The notes under the pieces are model-generated. The model did not search any database, had not been told where the DNA came from, and saw only the letters and a program-made list of their open reading frames with translations. Positions 34,236-43,655 of a stretch of DNA of 43,655 nucleotides are shown here, in pieces. The position numbers and the translations under genes were made by a program. The DNA comes from a phage: assembly GCA_029093185.1 (NCBI GenBank), contig GCA_029093185.1_4348.1, one strand, 5' to 3'. Numbering within the stretch: position 1 is the first letter of the stretch; each line of letters begins with the position of its first letter.

Positions 34236-34751
34236 ATGAGCCAGGAATCTGTAGAAGCCGCCTATCGCCGTAAGCTGGCCTCAAATCCCGACGGCGAGAT
34301 GGACTACATCACGTTGCAAATCAGCCACCCGTTGTTGTCAAAGACGTACTATCTTGTTCGTGGGCTACAGGAACTCACGGCAACACTGGAGACAGGCGAA
34401 ATTATCACGTTCGAGCCAACCCCGATGGAGGCGTCGGGGGCGGCTAACAACAGTGATATGGACCAGACGACTACGTTTACTTTACCGGATATTCTCAATC
34501 AACTTGACGATGAGATGGATAAAATCCCTATGAGTAACACCGAGTTGCCGAAGTTCGTCTTCCGTCGTTACGTCAGCACAGACCTGTCTTATCCGGCTGA
34601 CGGTCCTGTCATGTATGAGTTGCAGGCCATCAACCAGGAGAAGGGCGAGTTCTCCGCGGATGTTGGTACACCTATGCTGAACCAGCGAAGCACTGGTATA
34701 CTGATGACACCTAAAGAGATACCGTTATTACGCGGCCTGTTGACCACATGA
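34236..34751 (+). CDS. Minor tail protein
   Basis: 171-aa ORF in the tail-tip cluster. Confidence 0.45.
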   Translation: MSQESVEAAYRRKLASNPDGEMDYITLQISHPLLSKTYYLVRGLQELTATLETGEIITFEPTPMEASGAANNSDMDQTTTFTLPDILNQLDDEMDKIPMSNTELPKFVFRRYVSTDLSYPADGPVMYELQAINQEKGEFSADVGTPMLNQRSTGILMTPKEIPLLRGLLTT

Positions 34752-35113
34752 ATATTAACGACTACACGGGCATACCTTACGACTTTCGCAAGCGCAATTG
34801 CTGGCATCACGTTCGCATTGTACGGGCCGATGCCGGGTTAGAAACCCCGGCGTTCGACGTTACAAGCCCAACGGCGATTAACGAAGCGTTCGACGAAGGC
34901 CATCGTGACACGAAGGGGCTTACAAAAATTGATAAGCCTGAAAACTTCTGTGCGGTTCTTATGGGGTATCGCCGTGGCGGTCGTATCGTGTGGCACGCGG
35001 GAGTTTACTTCGACGGGATGGTGAGTCATTGCGAGCTTGCGTCCCGTCAGGTACGGCTTGACAGGCTGGCGGATCTCAGAGACACGTACACGGAGATTGA
35101 ATTTTGGCGATAA
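34748..35113 (+). CDS. Tail protein with NlpC/P60-like Cys-His motif (lambda gpK-like)
   Basis: 121 aa; RNCWHHV...HAGVYFDGMVSHC. Confidence 0.4.
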   Translation: MNINDYTGIPYDFRKRNCWHHVRIVRADAGLETPAFDVTSPTAINEAFDEGHRDTKGLTKIDKPENFCAVLMGYRRGGRIVWHAGVYFDGMVSHCELASRQVRLDRLADLRDTYTEIEFWR

Positions 35114-37671
35114 TCCTGCACTACACGCGAAACGCTGATGGCGCTTTCAACCGTACAAAACACGTCGGGATGCCGATGGAGTTTGTCGTTAACCGTATCC
35201 CGGACGGCGTTCCGGTACGCGTCTATCTTGGCGAGATTGGTGATGATACTGATGTTACAGACGACTTCGACGCGCTCAAAGACGAGGACGCCGTGTACCA
35301 CATTATTGAGGGCGCTGGCGGCGGCATTGGCGACGCCATCGGGAGTGTATTCAGTTTCATCCTTAAGCCAATCGCCAAATTGTTCGGGCTAAACACAGCG
35401 GCTAACGCTAATTATTCCGCTACCAACAATCAGGCTACGTCGCCTAACAACAGTCTCACCGACCGCTCAAACAAGCCACGACCTTATGAGCGTTCCTATG
35501 ATATCTGCGGGACAGTGCAGACCATCCCCAATGACCTGATGCAGACATATAAGGTGTTTAATGCCGCGGGTGCGCTTATTGAATATGCGTACTATGACGC
35601 CGGTCGAGGGTATCTGCATATTGAGGAAGACGGTGTAACTGAGGCAGATACCCGAATCAGCGAGATAACTGGCTCGTCGGTGACGGTGTATTCTCCTTAC
35701 ACTTCGCCGAATAACACCAGCACACCACAATTGCATATCGGCGACCCTATAGACCAGAAATTGTACGTTACATTTAAAATCGCCGATGTCGATGGCGCTG
35801 TTCTTCCCGCCCCTAATGATATCGCTATAGACGTGCAGGACTACACTGTCCAGCGGCAGGGAACAACCGGCGTTGTAGTAGGCGATGACGCTGGTTTCGA
35901 TGAGTTTTTGGCGGTCGGGGACCTGGCATACTTCGATAACGTATATGCAGATACAACCCCAGGGTCTTTGGGTAATGAGGTTAACCTGGACGGGAGGTAC
36001 ACGGTTCTTTCGGTTAGTGAAACCACCCTTATTGTGGACGTCAGTACAAATCAATCAGTATGGAACCAGCTAGGGGCGTCTGTGTGGTTTATAGGTGAAG
36101 AGGGTAACCATCTTATAGGCCCGGCGGACACTTACGCGGCTTCTCTCTCTGAATGGGCGTACATCACCCGCGGTACTGTCGACCGTGTTGTAGCCAATGT
36201 CGCCGCCAGCAACGGCATGTATAAATACAACGGCGACTATAACCGCGCTTCAGTGACAGTGGAACTGCAATACCAGATGGTTGATGAGCTGAAACAGCCT
36301 GTAGGTGATATATTTACTGTACAAGGAACCGTAACAGGCCGGAACACGGATTACACAGGTATTACTCTTTACGGAAGTTTACCAACTGCTTCCAGATTCC
36401 GCGCCCGTATGCGTCGTGTTTCCGACACCGATAAAGATTTTGAAGGTACTGTTAGTGATGAGGTTACTTTCACTAATCTGTACGGGCAGTCTCTGGACAC
36501 AACCCCACACTACGGCAACAGAACCACCGTACACTGCGCTCGTAAACAAACGCCACGTGCCGCGGAGGTGTCAGAACCGGAACTACGCATGATAGCAACC
36601 GAGATGTGTTACAAATACTTAGGTAACGGCATATTCGATACTGTAATGACCACAAATACTCAGGCGGTGCAGTCGCTAATCAGACTGGCCCGTGACCCGG
36701 CGGTAGGTAACTTAGAACTGACAACCGCAAACATGGACAAGTTACTCGCTGTGCAGGAAGAAATTGAGTCCTATTTCGGCAGTGAATTAGCGGGACAATT
36801 CTGCTACACGTTCGACGACTACGACACCACGATGCAGGACATCGTTCAGACTATAGCGGAAGCCGTGTTCTGTACTGCGTACCGTAAAGGTGCGGATATT
36901 ATGCTGCGATTCGACCGTCCGGTTGCTGGGCCTGAGATGGTGTTCACCCACCGCAGCAAAACTACTGGTACAGAGAAATGGACGCGCACGTTCAACGATT
37001 CGACAACCTATGATAGCCTGTCGTTCTCATACATCGACCCGGATACTAACGTACAGGAAACGATTTATATCCCGGAAGAACTCGGAGCAAACACCGAGGA
37101 ATATGAATCGAAGGGCGTACGTAACTATCAGCAGGCATATTGGCTGGCGTGGCGTCGCTACCAGCGCAACGCGTTAAGTAAAGTTGTCGTAGAGTTCGAA
37201 GCTACCGAAGAGGGGGCACTCGCTACACCGGGCGGCGTAATCAGCGTGGTTAAAGGCTCACGCATCGCGCCGCAGGATGGTTATGTTGTTGCCGTTAACG
37301 GGCTTACGCTTACGCTGTCTCAGCCAGTTACGTTTACCCCCGGAGACGACCACTCCATCATCCTCAAGAAGCGCGATGGCTCTGTGCAGAGTATCTCGGT
37401 TATCAAAGGAAGCCACGACCGCGAGGTGATTATGCTCTCCGCGCCGGAAGAAGCAATCTACACGGGGAATAGCGCGCTAAAAACTGAGTTTTCATTCGGC
37501 AACGAAGCAAGGCATAATGCTCAGAAGATAGTTGTTTCTTCAATCGACCCCGGCGACGACCGCACGGTCAAGATTACGGGCTACAACTATGATGACGGAT
37601 TCTATAAATACGACGGCGTCGCGCCATACGGCAGCGGTTTCTCCGACGGATTCAGCAATGGTTTTAATTAA
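35104..37671 (+). CDS. Tail tip / central tail fiber protein (host-specificity-like)
   Basis: 855 aa; TTG start with GGAGA Shine-Dalgarno (an internal ATG at 35170 is the alternative); C-terminus GFSDGFSNGFN. Confidence 0.5.
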   Translation: MAIILHYTRNADGAFNRTKHVGMPMEFVVNRIPDGVPVRVYLGEIGDDTDVTDDFDALKDEDAVYHIIEGAGGGIGDAIGSVFSFILKPIAKLFGLNTAANANYSATNNQATSPNNSLTDRSNKPRPYERSYDICGTVQTIPNDLMQTYKVFNAAGALIEYAYYDAGRGYLHIEEDGVTEADTRISEITGSSVTVYSPYTSPNNTSTPQLHIGDPIDQKLYVTFKIADVDGAVLPAPNDIAIDVQDYTVQRQGTTGVVVGDDAGFDEFLAVGDLAYFDNVYADTTPGSLGNEVNLDGRYTVLSVSETTLIVDVSTNQSVWNQLGASVWFIGEEGNHLIGPADTYAASLSEWAYITRGTVDRVVANVAASNGMYKYNGDYNRASVTVELQYQMVDELKQPVGDIFTVQGTVTGRNTDYTGITLYGSLPTASRFRARMRRVSDTDKDFEGTVSDEVTFTNLYGQSLDTTPHYGNRTTVHCARKQTPRAAEVSEPELRMIATEMCYKYLGNGIFDTVMTTNTQAVQSLIRLARDPAVGNLELTTANMDKLLAVQEEIESYFGSELAGQFCYTFDDYDTTMQDIVQTIAEAVFCTAYRKGADIMLRFDRPVAGPEMVFTHRSKTTGTEKWTRTFNDSTTYDSLSFSYIDPDTNVQETIYIPEELGANTEEYESKGVRNYQQAYWLAWRRYQRNALSKVVVEFEATEEGALATPGGVISVVKGSRIAPQDGYVVAVNGLTLTLSQPVTFTPGDDHSIILKKRDGSVQSISVIKGSHDREVIMLSAPEEAIYTGNSALKTEFSFGNEARHNAQKIVVSSIDPGDDRTVKITGYNYDDGFYKYDGVAPYGSGFSDGFSNGFN

Positions 37672-37683
37672 AGAGGACTCTAT

Positions 37684-39864
37684 ATGTCAAGCGGATGCGG
37701 TGACGTTTTAAGCCTGGTGGATTTACAAACCGCCAAGAAACACCAGATTTTCGAGGCCGAGGTTATCACCGGTAAAGCTGGCGGTGTAGCTACGGGTGCT
37801 GATATTGATTACGCAACTAATCAGGTTACGGGACAGACACAGAAGACGTTGCCAGCCGTGTTGCGTGACGCCGGGTTCAGACCTGCGCCATTCACATTCG
37901 AAACAGGTGGGACTTTGGGCGTTAACGACGCTGACCTGGCGGTGTTGTGGCCAGGGCCATCAGGCGACGGCAACTATTATGCATGGAAAGGTGCCCTGCC
38001 AAAAACCATCCCGGCATCTTCAACCCCGGCGTCTACGGGCGGAGTAGGCCAGACCGCATGGGTTGCCGTTAGTGAAGCTGCATTGCGCCGTGATTTGGCC
38101 CTAAGCACTGGCGCAGGGTTAGTTGGGACAACATCCGGCAGGACCGTACAGGCAGAGTTTGACTACCGCAAGACTCAAGCAGCAAAAACAGAGATAAACA
38201 TACTTGACTACCTTCCAGCTAACGTGATCGCAGCTCTAAACGATGTTAACGCGTCAAAAGCACTAGGAAGCGTAAGGACATACATTGAGCAGGCTTTAGC
38301 GGCAGCAACTAGCGAGAATATCGGTACTGGGGTTACTTTACGTTTCCCGGCTGGGTTCTTTTGGCTTGATTCTACTCTTAACCTTCCAAAAAGGACGCGT
38401 ATTGTTGGGGTCTACCCAGAAACATACTTTATGGCTCTCCCTGACTTTACTGGCACTAACGTAATTGCCGGTTCAACAGGACCCGCTATAGTCGCTATTG
38501 ATAACACAGGACAAGACCCGTTTTATATTGAAGGTTTCCAGATAAACGCAGATGGTTCCCAGCCGAATGTGGTTGGGCTGCACATTGGCGGCTGCCGTAA
38601 TTCCGTCGTCCGTCGGATATCTGTATCTGGAACCTTCGATGCTGCTGTTGTTATCCACCCTAAAAACGCAACATCTGGAGCCGTGGAGAACCTGGAATTA
38701 AGCCACGTATGGACATTAGGCGGTGGGCTTGTGCTCAGGACTAATACAGATATCGACCGTGGAAATTTAACAGGCCTGTCATTCCGGGATTGTATGTTTT
38801 TCAGCACAATCGACAACAACCCTTCATGGGCGACATCTGGCAACCCTAGTATCAGGTTCTCCTGCCATGTAGACCGACAGATTTTTGCATGTACATTCGA
38901 CCGTGTAGGATGGGCGAGTCGCGCAACATACGCCATCTATTCAGAAAGCCTAGCCGGAAATAGTGCATCTGATGTCAAGGGCTTCCGCGATATTCATTTT
39001 ACAGATTTCCACGGAGAAGCCCACAATGCCGATGGGTCATTAACAGCGGACTGTACTTTTGCCCTTCTTGCGAATATGCGTAACAGTACATTTACTAATA
39101 TCCAACGCTCCGGCGCTGTGACTCGCGGCGGCATTATCATGGATGGGTGCGAATACGTAACATTCAACTCAGTATCATTTGCGAACCCTAATATCACAAC
39201 AGGAACAACGACACCTTGTTGCGTATACCAGAACTCCACCAACAGATTTAATAGATTTATTAACTGTGACTTAACAGATGCAACCGGGAGCATGTTTGAT
39301 TTAGCCGGTTGGACCGTGTCATCCAGTGTAATGTATTATTTTAAGGGTCTTTTTTGGGACGATAGTGGGACAAGTACCTGGGAGAGTGAACAAATGTCTT
39401 CAAAACCATTTGTTCTTTTTAAAAGGTCTGCGCTTAACGCCAATAACGGTTCTGCTTACCCGCAGGAATCAGGCGTAACTATGGCTACTTCTGGTGATAA
39501 TCTACAGGTTACCTTTGCACGAGACGCTACCACAAAAACATTCACAATACCAATCACAACTACAAACGCGGTTTTCAACAATCACGACCGCGTTTATGTT
39601 CTTTTCCGTCATCAATTTACCAGTTATGGGACAAATACTGTCGTAAAAATAGGACTAGGAACCTCATATGTGACTATATCACCACAGACCGGTAACGATT
39701 ATTTTGCAGCCATCAGTCTTGCCAGAAGCCAGGCAACTAGTTTTAATATCCAAGTTACCTATAGCGGCGCATCTGCAGACTGCGGCATATTAATCAGAGA
39801 TTTAGTAATTTCTGACAGGATGCCGTGGGTGCCAAACTTCACCAAATCCTTACTTTGCGATTAA
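37684..39864 (+). CDS. Tailspike / tail fiber receptor-binding protein
   Basis: 726 aa; conserved-looking N-terminal anchor region, then a long region rich in N/G/T/S repeats consistent with a beta-helix; last gene before the terminator. Confidence 0.55.
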   Translation: MSSGCGDVLSLVDLQTAKKHQIFEAEVITGKAGGVATGADIDYATNQVTGQTQKTLPAVLRDAGFRPAPFTFETGGTLGVNDADLAVLWPGPSGDGNYYAWKGALPKTIPASSTPASTGGVGQTAWVAVSEAALRRDLALSTGAGLVGTTSGRTVQAEFDYRKTQAAKTEINILDYLPANVIAALNDVNASKALGSVRTYIEQALAAATSENIGTGVTLRFPAGFFWLDSTLNLPKRTRIVGVYPETYFMALPDFTGTNVIAGSTGPAIVAIDNTGQDPFYIEGFQINADGSQPNVVGLHIGGCRNSVVRRISVSGTFDAAVVIHPKNATSGAVENLELSHVWTLGGGLVLRTNTDIDRGNLTGLSFRDCMFFSTIDNNPSWATSGNPSIRFSCHVDRQIFACTFDRVGWASRATYAIYSESLAGNSASDVKGFRDIHFTDFHGEAHNADGSLTADCTFALLANMRNSTFTNIQRSGAVTRGGIIMDGCEYVTFNSVSFANPNITTGTTTPCCVYQNSTNRFNRFINCDLTDATGSMFDLAGWTVSSSVMYYFKGLFWDDSGTSTWESEQMSSKPFVLFKRSALNANNGSAYPQESGVTMATSGDNLQVTFARDATTKTFTIPITTTNAVFNNHDRVYVLFRHQFTSYGTNTVVKIGLGTSYVTISPQTGNDYFAAISLARSQATSFNIQVTYSGASADCGILIRDLVISDRMPWVPNFTKSLLCD

Positions 39865-39868
39865 AACT

Positions 39869-39892
39869 AAGGCCCCAAACGGGGCCTTTTCT
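39869..39892. terminator. Bidirectional rho-independent terminator
   Basis: AAGGCCCC-AAAC-GGGGCCTT followed by TTTTCT; ends both the late plus-strand operon and the convergent minus-strand operon. Confidence 0.65.
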
Positions 39893-40030
39893 CTACTCTT
39901 CTGATAACTTCTCCAGCACAAACGCCAGTTGCGCATTAGCGGCGTCTCTTTGCTGCCGTAGTCGTAGAACCTCTTCTTCCAGTTCCTTGATACGTTTTTG
40001 CAATGCTGGAATAGGAGCTATGATGTTCAT
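39893..40030 (-). CDS. Small coiled-coil protein (45 aa)
   Basis: Read manually (MNIIAPIPALQKRIKELEEEVLRLRQQRDAANAQLAFVLEKLSEE); ATGA overlap with the SNF2 gene stop. Confidence 0.35.
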   Translation of the reverse strand: MNIIAPIPALQKRIKELEEEVLRLRQQRDAANAQLAFVLEKLSEE

Positions 40031-41451
40031 TTCTTACCTCGTCTCTTCATGTAATTAAGCAACTCTTCCTGGACCGATTTCTTCTCGTCCGTACGCGCCG
40101 CAACAACCTCATCCAGCGTGTCTTTAGCAACGATGTGATAGAGGAACACCGGGCGCTCGTGGCCCGCCTGTTTCTGACGGACCGGGCCTATACGCTCGAC
40201 AACCTGCAAATAGTGCTCAAGGTTCCAGCCTTGTGAGATGAATGCCAGATGATGTCCGCCGTCTTGTAAATTCAAACCATGGCCCGCTGACGCAGGATGT
40301 ACGCATAAGATTTCTACTTCACCGCGGTTCCACGCTTCCATCTGCTTATTACCCCTGGCACCTTTGGCAAAGGCCTGTGCTTGTGGGAATCGCTTAAGGA
40401 TGCGCTCCAGTTCGTGCTTGAACTGATAGGCCACCAGTAACGGTGCCCCCTGTAACTCCTCAACAATGGACTCGAGCGCATCAAGTTTCGTGTCGTGCAC
40501 TTTCTCCCATTCTTTGGTTGATTCGCCATCTGGCCCCGATACATACACGGCACCGGAGGCAATCTGTAGGCACTTCGACGTCTTCGCCGCAGCGTTAGCC
40601 GCTTCAACTTCTCCGCTTTCCAGTTCCGCGAATAACTTCTCCTCCATATCGATGTACGCCTGACGTGCTTTCTTCGGCAGGTCGATTTCAACCGGCACAA
40701 TAATCGGCGCTTCACACCCGAACCACTCGGCGGCGTCAATCGTGAGACTAATGTCCTTCATCTTCTGGTGAATTTCATTATCCGCACCCGGGCGTGCGTG
40801 GTATTCACGGGCCATCGCAGATTTCCCTTTCTGTACCGAGTTAAACCAGCGGTCGGTGAATGCTGTGTACGATGACCCCAGGCGCTCGCCTGCGTCGATA
40901 AACCAGTTCTGCCCCCACAAGTCCTTGAGGCCGTTTGGTGACGGCGTGCCAGTCAGGTTAATGAAACGCTTAACTTTGCCAAATGCCACTTTACTAAGCG
41001 CCTTTGCCCTCTTGCTGCCGCCTGAACGGCTGCGGAATGACTTCAGTTTCGTGCTTTCATCGGCGACGATAACCGTAAAAGGCCAGTCGTCTTTGCCGTA
41101 GTAGTCAATAAGCCACTCGATAACTTCGTAGTTCGTGCACACCACGTTAGCATCTGACTCCAGCGCCGCGATGCGGCGCTTCTCCAAACCAGTCGCATCG
41201 ACGACACGCAGACACGGGAAACCCCACTTAGTTTGTTCAGCAGGCCATGTGCCGGACGCAACACGCAACGGGGCGAGGATTAACACACGGTCCTCTTCCG
41301 TAAGCTTCCCGTTGCGGAACAAGCGGTTTAGCACCCACATAGTGGAGGAGGTTTTACCCCCTCCCATGCCGCACCAGATATTACAGCGTGGATGCTGCAG
41401 CATGAACGAAGTCATGAGCTTTTGGTACTCACGCCTTTGAAACTTACTCAT
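40027..41451 (-). CDS. SNF2-family ATPase/helicase
   Basis: 474 aa; Walker A GMGGGKTS, DExx box VIVADES, LTGTPSPN motif. Confidence 0.7.
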   Translation of the reverse strand: MSKFQRREYQKLMTSFMLQHPRCNIWCGMGGGKTSSTMWVLNRLFRNGKLTEEDRVLILAPLRVASGTWPAEQTKWGFPCLRVVDATGLEKRRIAALESDANVVCTNYEVIEWLIDYYGKDDWPFTVIVADESTKLKSFRSRSGGSKRAKALSKVAFGKVKRFINLTGTPSPNGLKDLWGQNWFIDAGERLGSSYTAFTDRWFNSVQKGKSAMAREYHARPGADNEIHQKMKDISLTIDAAEWFGCEAPIIVPVEIDLPKKARQAYIDMEEKLFAELESGEVEAANAAAKTSKCLQIASGAVYVSGPDGESTKEWEKVHDTKLDALESIVEELQGAPLLVAYQFKHELERILKRFPQAQAFAKGARGNKQMEAWNRGEVEILCVHPASAGHGLNLQDGGHHLAFISQGWNLEHYLQVVERIGPVRQKQAGHERPVFLYHIVAKDTLDEVVAARTDEKKSVQEELLNYMKRRGKK

Positions 41452-42241
41452 TTACTGCCCCCATGAACGCCTTTATAAATTCAGCGGCTACTTGCGGGAC
41501 GATGGCATTGCCGTAACCGCGCAATCGTCCCACTCTTGCGGATACCCCATGAGTTGCCTCGCAAAATCCGCCTGGTATGACTCTAGTTTCCTTATCTGCT
41601 CCATGGTTGGGTTTCCATGAATCCCATAAACATGAAGCCACATCTGGCGATAAAGAGTATCGTTCCTGAATTTTCCGTCCTTTCTGTAAAATGTCTTGCT
41701 GAGATCCCCGTAATCCTTCCATCCTCGCGCCGTTGGTGTCGCCCATCCTCGCGCCAAAGATGATTCTTTTCCTTTCCTGTGGAGAGCCGACGCTGCAAGC
41801 TGGCAATACTGACGCCCCGCAGGCGTAGCCTTTGTCTTCCAGGTTAAGGAATACAAAATCGAGCCAGTGCTTCCCAATTGCTGCTGCAACCTGCTCTCCA
41901 AACAGCAATTCAGGCTTGCACTCTCTGATGAGCCTGAGAAATGCTGGGGCAAGGTGTCGATCGTCGTCAAATCCGAGAGACTTACCGGCAACGCTAAACG
42001 GCTGGCAAGGTGGTGATCCTGTCCAGAGTCGAGTGCTTTCTGGTATTCCTGCCAGCTGGAGTGCAAGGGGCCACCCTCCGATTCCGGCAAAGAAGTGACA
42101 CTGTGTAAATCCTTCCAGGTCTGAAGGGGTGACTTCGGTGATTGATCGTTCATCGACATATCCGTAAGGAATTAGTTTATTGTTAATTAATTCACGCAGC
42201 CACGCGGCTGCGCCTTTATCCCATTCGTTGTAATAGTTCAT
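41444..42241 (-). CDS. Orphan DNA cytosine-5 methyltransferase
   Basis: 265 aa; motif I FFAGIGGW, motif IV SPPCQPFS, FGEQV (ENV-like), C-terminal GNAIVPQVA; no adjacent restriction endonuclease. Confidence 0.75.
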   Translation of the reverse strand: MNYYNEWDKGAAAWLRELINNKLIPYGYVDERSITEVTPSDLEGFTQCHFFAGIGGWPLALQLAGIPESTRLWTGSPPCQPFSVAGKSLGFDDDRHLAPAFLRLIRECKPELLFGEQVAAAIGKHWLDFVFLNLEDKGYACGASVLPACSVGSPQERKRIIFGARMGDTNGARMEGLRGSQQDILQKGRKIQERYSLSPDVASCLWDSWKPNHGADKETRVIPGGFCEATHGVSARVGRLRGYGNAIVPQVAAEFIKAFMGAVNE

Positions 42242-42429
42242 TTCGCCACCAGAACTAACTCTTTACGCCCGAACGCCGTAACGTTACCGGTTACGTCTTC
42301 AATAACCAGTTTACCGTTCGACTCGACGAACACCGTATCAACGGCAACAGGACGACGGGTCTTAACGTTGAAAATCATGTCGCCTGGTACGATGTCACGT
42401 GCTGGTTTGCGGTCATATTCGTGTTTCAT
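42238..42429 (-). CDS. Hypothetical protein
   Basis: 63-aa ORF, first gene downstream of the promoter at 42463-42491. Confidence 0.5.
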   Translation of the reverse strand: MKHEYDRKPARDIVPGDMIFNVKTRRPVAVDTVFVESNGKLVIEDVTGNVTAFGRKELVLVAK

Positions 42430-42459
42430 TTCTCAATTCCTTATATTGTTGGTGTAGGA

Positions 42460-42747
42460 CTAACTATAATAGTTCGCTATTAGGTCGTCAACCTGTTTAA
42501 ACGAACCAACGACAAAAACATTTGCACCACGTTTACGCATCCGCTCGTGCTCTCGTATCTGGTGCGGGTCTGGCTTCGTGTTTTCGTCTTTCTTAACCTC
42601 GACGAACCAGACGATGCCGCCGGGGAGAATTACCAGCAGGTCGGGGGCGCCGGAGCGCCCCTCATAAGACAGCTTACGAACGAGGCCACCAATGGCCTCG
42701 AATCGCTCTTTTGCGTATTTCTGGATGCACCCCTCAGGCGTACTCAT
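42460..42747 (-). CDS. VRR-NUC domain nuclease
   Basis: 95 aa; PD-(D/E)xK-type pattern GAPDLLVIL...VEVKK. Confidence 0.6.
   Translation of the reverse strand: MSTPEGCIQKYAKERFEAIGGLVRKLSYEGRSGAPDLLVILPGGIVWFVEVKKDENTKPDPHQIREHERMRKRGANVFVVGSFKQVDDLIANYYS
42463..42491 (-). promoter_or_regulatory. Sigma70-type promoter with embedded operator palindrome
   Basis: Minus strand TTGACG (rc of 42486-42491), 17 nt, TATAGT (rc of 42463-42468); TAATAG-TTCG-CTATTA. Confidence 0.55.
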
Positions 42748-42828
42748 CTACGCACCCCTCTCGTTTCGTGTGCTCAATCCCGCAGCGTGGACAGATTCGG
42801 CAGTCTTCTTCATAAAACCAGTAAATTT

Positions 42829-42960
42829 TCATTCCAGCACCCACAGATAAATTGCGATGAATATACCCAATACGGCAACCATCATGCCGTACTGACCCTC
42901 ATGACAGTAAACACCGGCGGCGAATCCAGCCAGTACCGCGATAATCAGTTTACTTGGCAT
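42829..42960 (-). CDS. Small hydrophobic peptide (43 aa)
   Basis: Read manually (MPSKLIIAVLAGFAAGVYCHEGQYGMMVAVLGIFIAIYLWVLE). Confidence 0.25.
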   Translation of the reverse strand: MPSKLIIAVLAGFAAGVYCHEGQYGMMVAVLGIFIAIYLWVLE

Positions 42961-43645
42961 CTCTACATTCTCCTTCAGGCCACCTATTAGGAAAAGACGG
43001 TATATGTGAAACTTCTCTCGCCGCTTTTATTCTTTTAATGGTGGGACCTATCTCCGTAACCATTTCAATGAATGTAAACCGGTGTCCTCTGGTAAGATTA
43101 CATGTCTGACAACAAGAAACGCAGTTAGATACTATGTGCCCGCTTGTATTATCTATGCGGTCTACCCCGACTTTTGTAGTGCTTCCGCAATAATGGCATG
43201 GCTGTGATATTAGTTTAATAACGCTTTCCAGTGTTAAATCGCAGATAAGCCCTTTTCCTGAATCTGCTCTTTTGTATCCTAACAAAAGCGCGTACGCCCG
43301 CGTCCTTTGGTCCTTATTCACCAGTTCCCTGCGTTGCTTGTTGAGACACTCCCGGCAATCTTTCCTGATATGAGAGCCATTACTTTTATTTCCTTTCCTG
43401 AAGTTTTCCTCTGTTAAAGGTTTTACCTCCCCACACTTTCTGCATTTAACAGGCTTCCCAGTGAAAACATACCAAGGGCTTTCTCGTCTGGATTTACCTT
43501 GTAATTTAAGTTTTTCGTCATACTTTTCCTTCCTGTTAGCATTTACACACTCTTTACACCAGCGTTGCAGCCCGAGGCGCGTTGACTTTGAAAAATACTC
43601 TGTAGTCGCCGGTTTATCTTCGCCGCATCTTGAACACTTTTTCAT
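42950..43645 (-). CDS. Zinc-ribbon / HNH-like endonuclease
   Basis: 231 aa; two CxxC...CxxC repeats (CSRCGEDK...CKEC; CRKCGEVK...CREC) and an HNH-like C-terminus CHYCG...DRIDN...H...N...CCQTCN. Confidence 0.45.
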   Translation of the reverse strand: MKKCSRCGEDKPATTEYFSKSTRLGLQRWCKECVNANRKEKYDEKLKLQGKSRRESPWYVFTGKPVKCRKCGEVKPLTEENFRKGNKSNGSHIRKDCRECLNKQRRELVNKDQRTRAYALLLGYKRADSGKGLICDLTLESVIKLISQPCHYCGSTTKVGVDRIDNTSGHIVSNCVSCCQTCNLTRGHRFTFIEMVTEIGPTIKRIKAAREVSHIPSFPNRWPEGECRDAK

Positions 43646-43655
43646 TAATAACTCC

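Noticed and set aside
41488-42159. 223-aa minus-strand ORF overlapping the methyltransferase gene in another frame
   Set aside because: The overlapping frame 41444..42241 carries the canonical C5-methyltransferase motifs, so this one is an alternative-frame artefact.
1-43655. CRISPR arrays, tRNA or tmRNA genes, and reverse transcriptase or diversity-generating retroelement components
   Set aside because: No regularly spaced direct repeats, no cloverleaf-like candidates in the intergenic regions and no reverse-transcriptase motifs (such as YxDD) were seen in any ORF; the Ig-like proteins therefore stand alone rather than as retroelement targets.

Overview
The window reads as a complete or near-complete genome of a tailed, siphovirus-like dsDNA phage (about 43.7 kb), presented as a permuted linear sequence. 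All calls below come from reading the six-frame translations and the DNA by eye; no database search or folding program was run, so every family assignment is a motif-level inference. Two minus-strand replication blocks (9106 down to 69, and 43645 down to 39893) carry a family-A DNA polymerase, a DUF2815-like ssDNA-binding protein, a Cas4/RecB-like nuclease, a primase-helicase, a VRR-NUC nuclease, an orphan cytosine-5 methyltransferase and an SNF2-like ATPase. The plus strand (9586 to 39864) carries many small early ORFs, a holin/endolysin cassette, then small and large terminase, portal, head morphogenesis, scaffold, major capsid, tail genes, tape measure and a tailspike. The most interesting signals are: (1) a three-gene antisense moron operon inside the tail module encoding an HTH-fused calcineurin-like metallophosphoesterase and a secreted protein; (2) a 16-bp operator-like palindrome (TAATAG-N4-CTATTC) embedded in at least eight promoters, including those of both antisense morons; (3) a compact HslV/proteasome-beta-like hydrolase among the early genes; (4) a shared C-terminal EEDLE tail on three replication proteins. 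No tRNA, CRISPR array, integrase or reverse transcriptase was seen.
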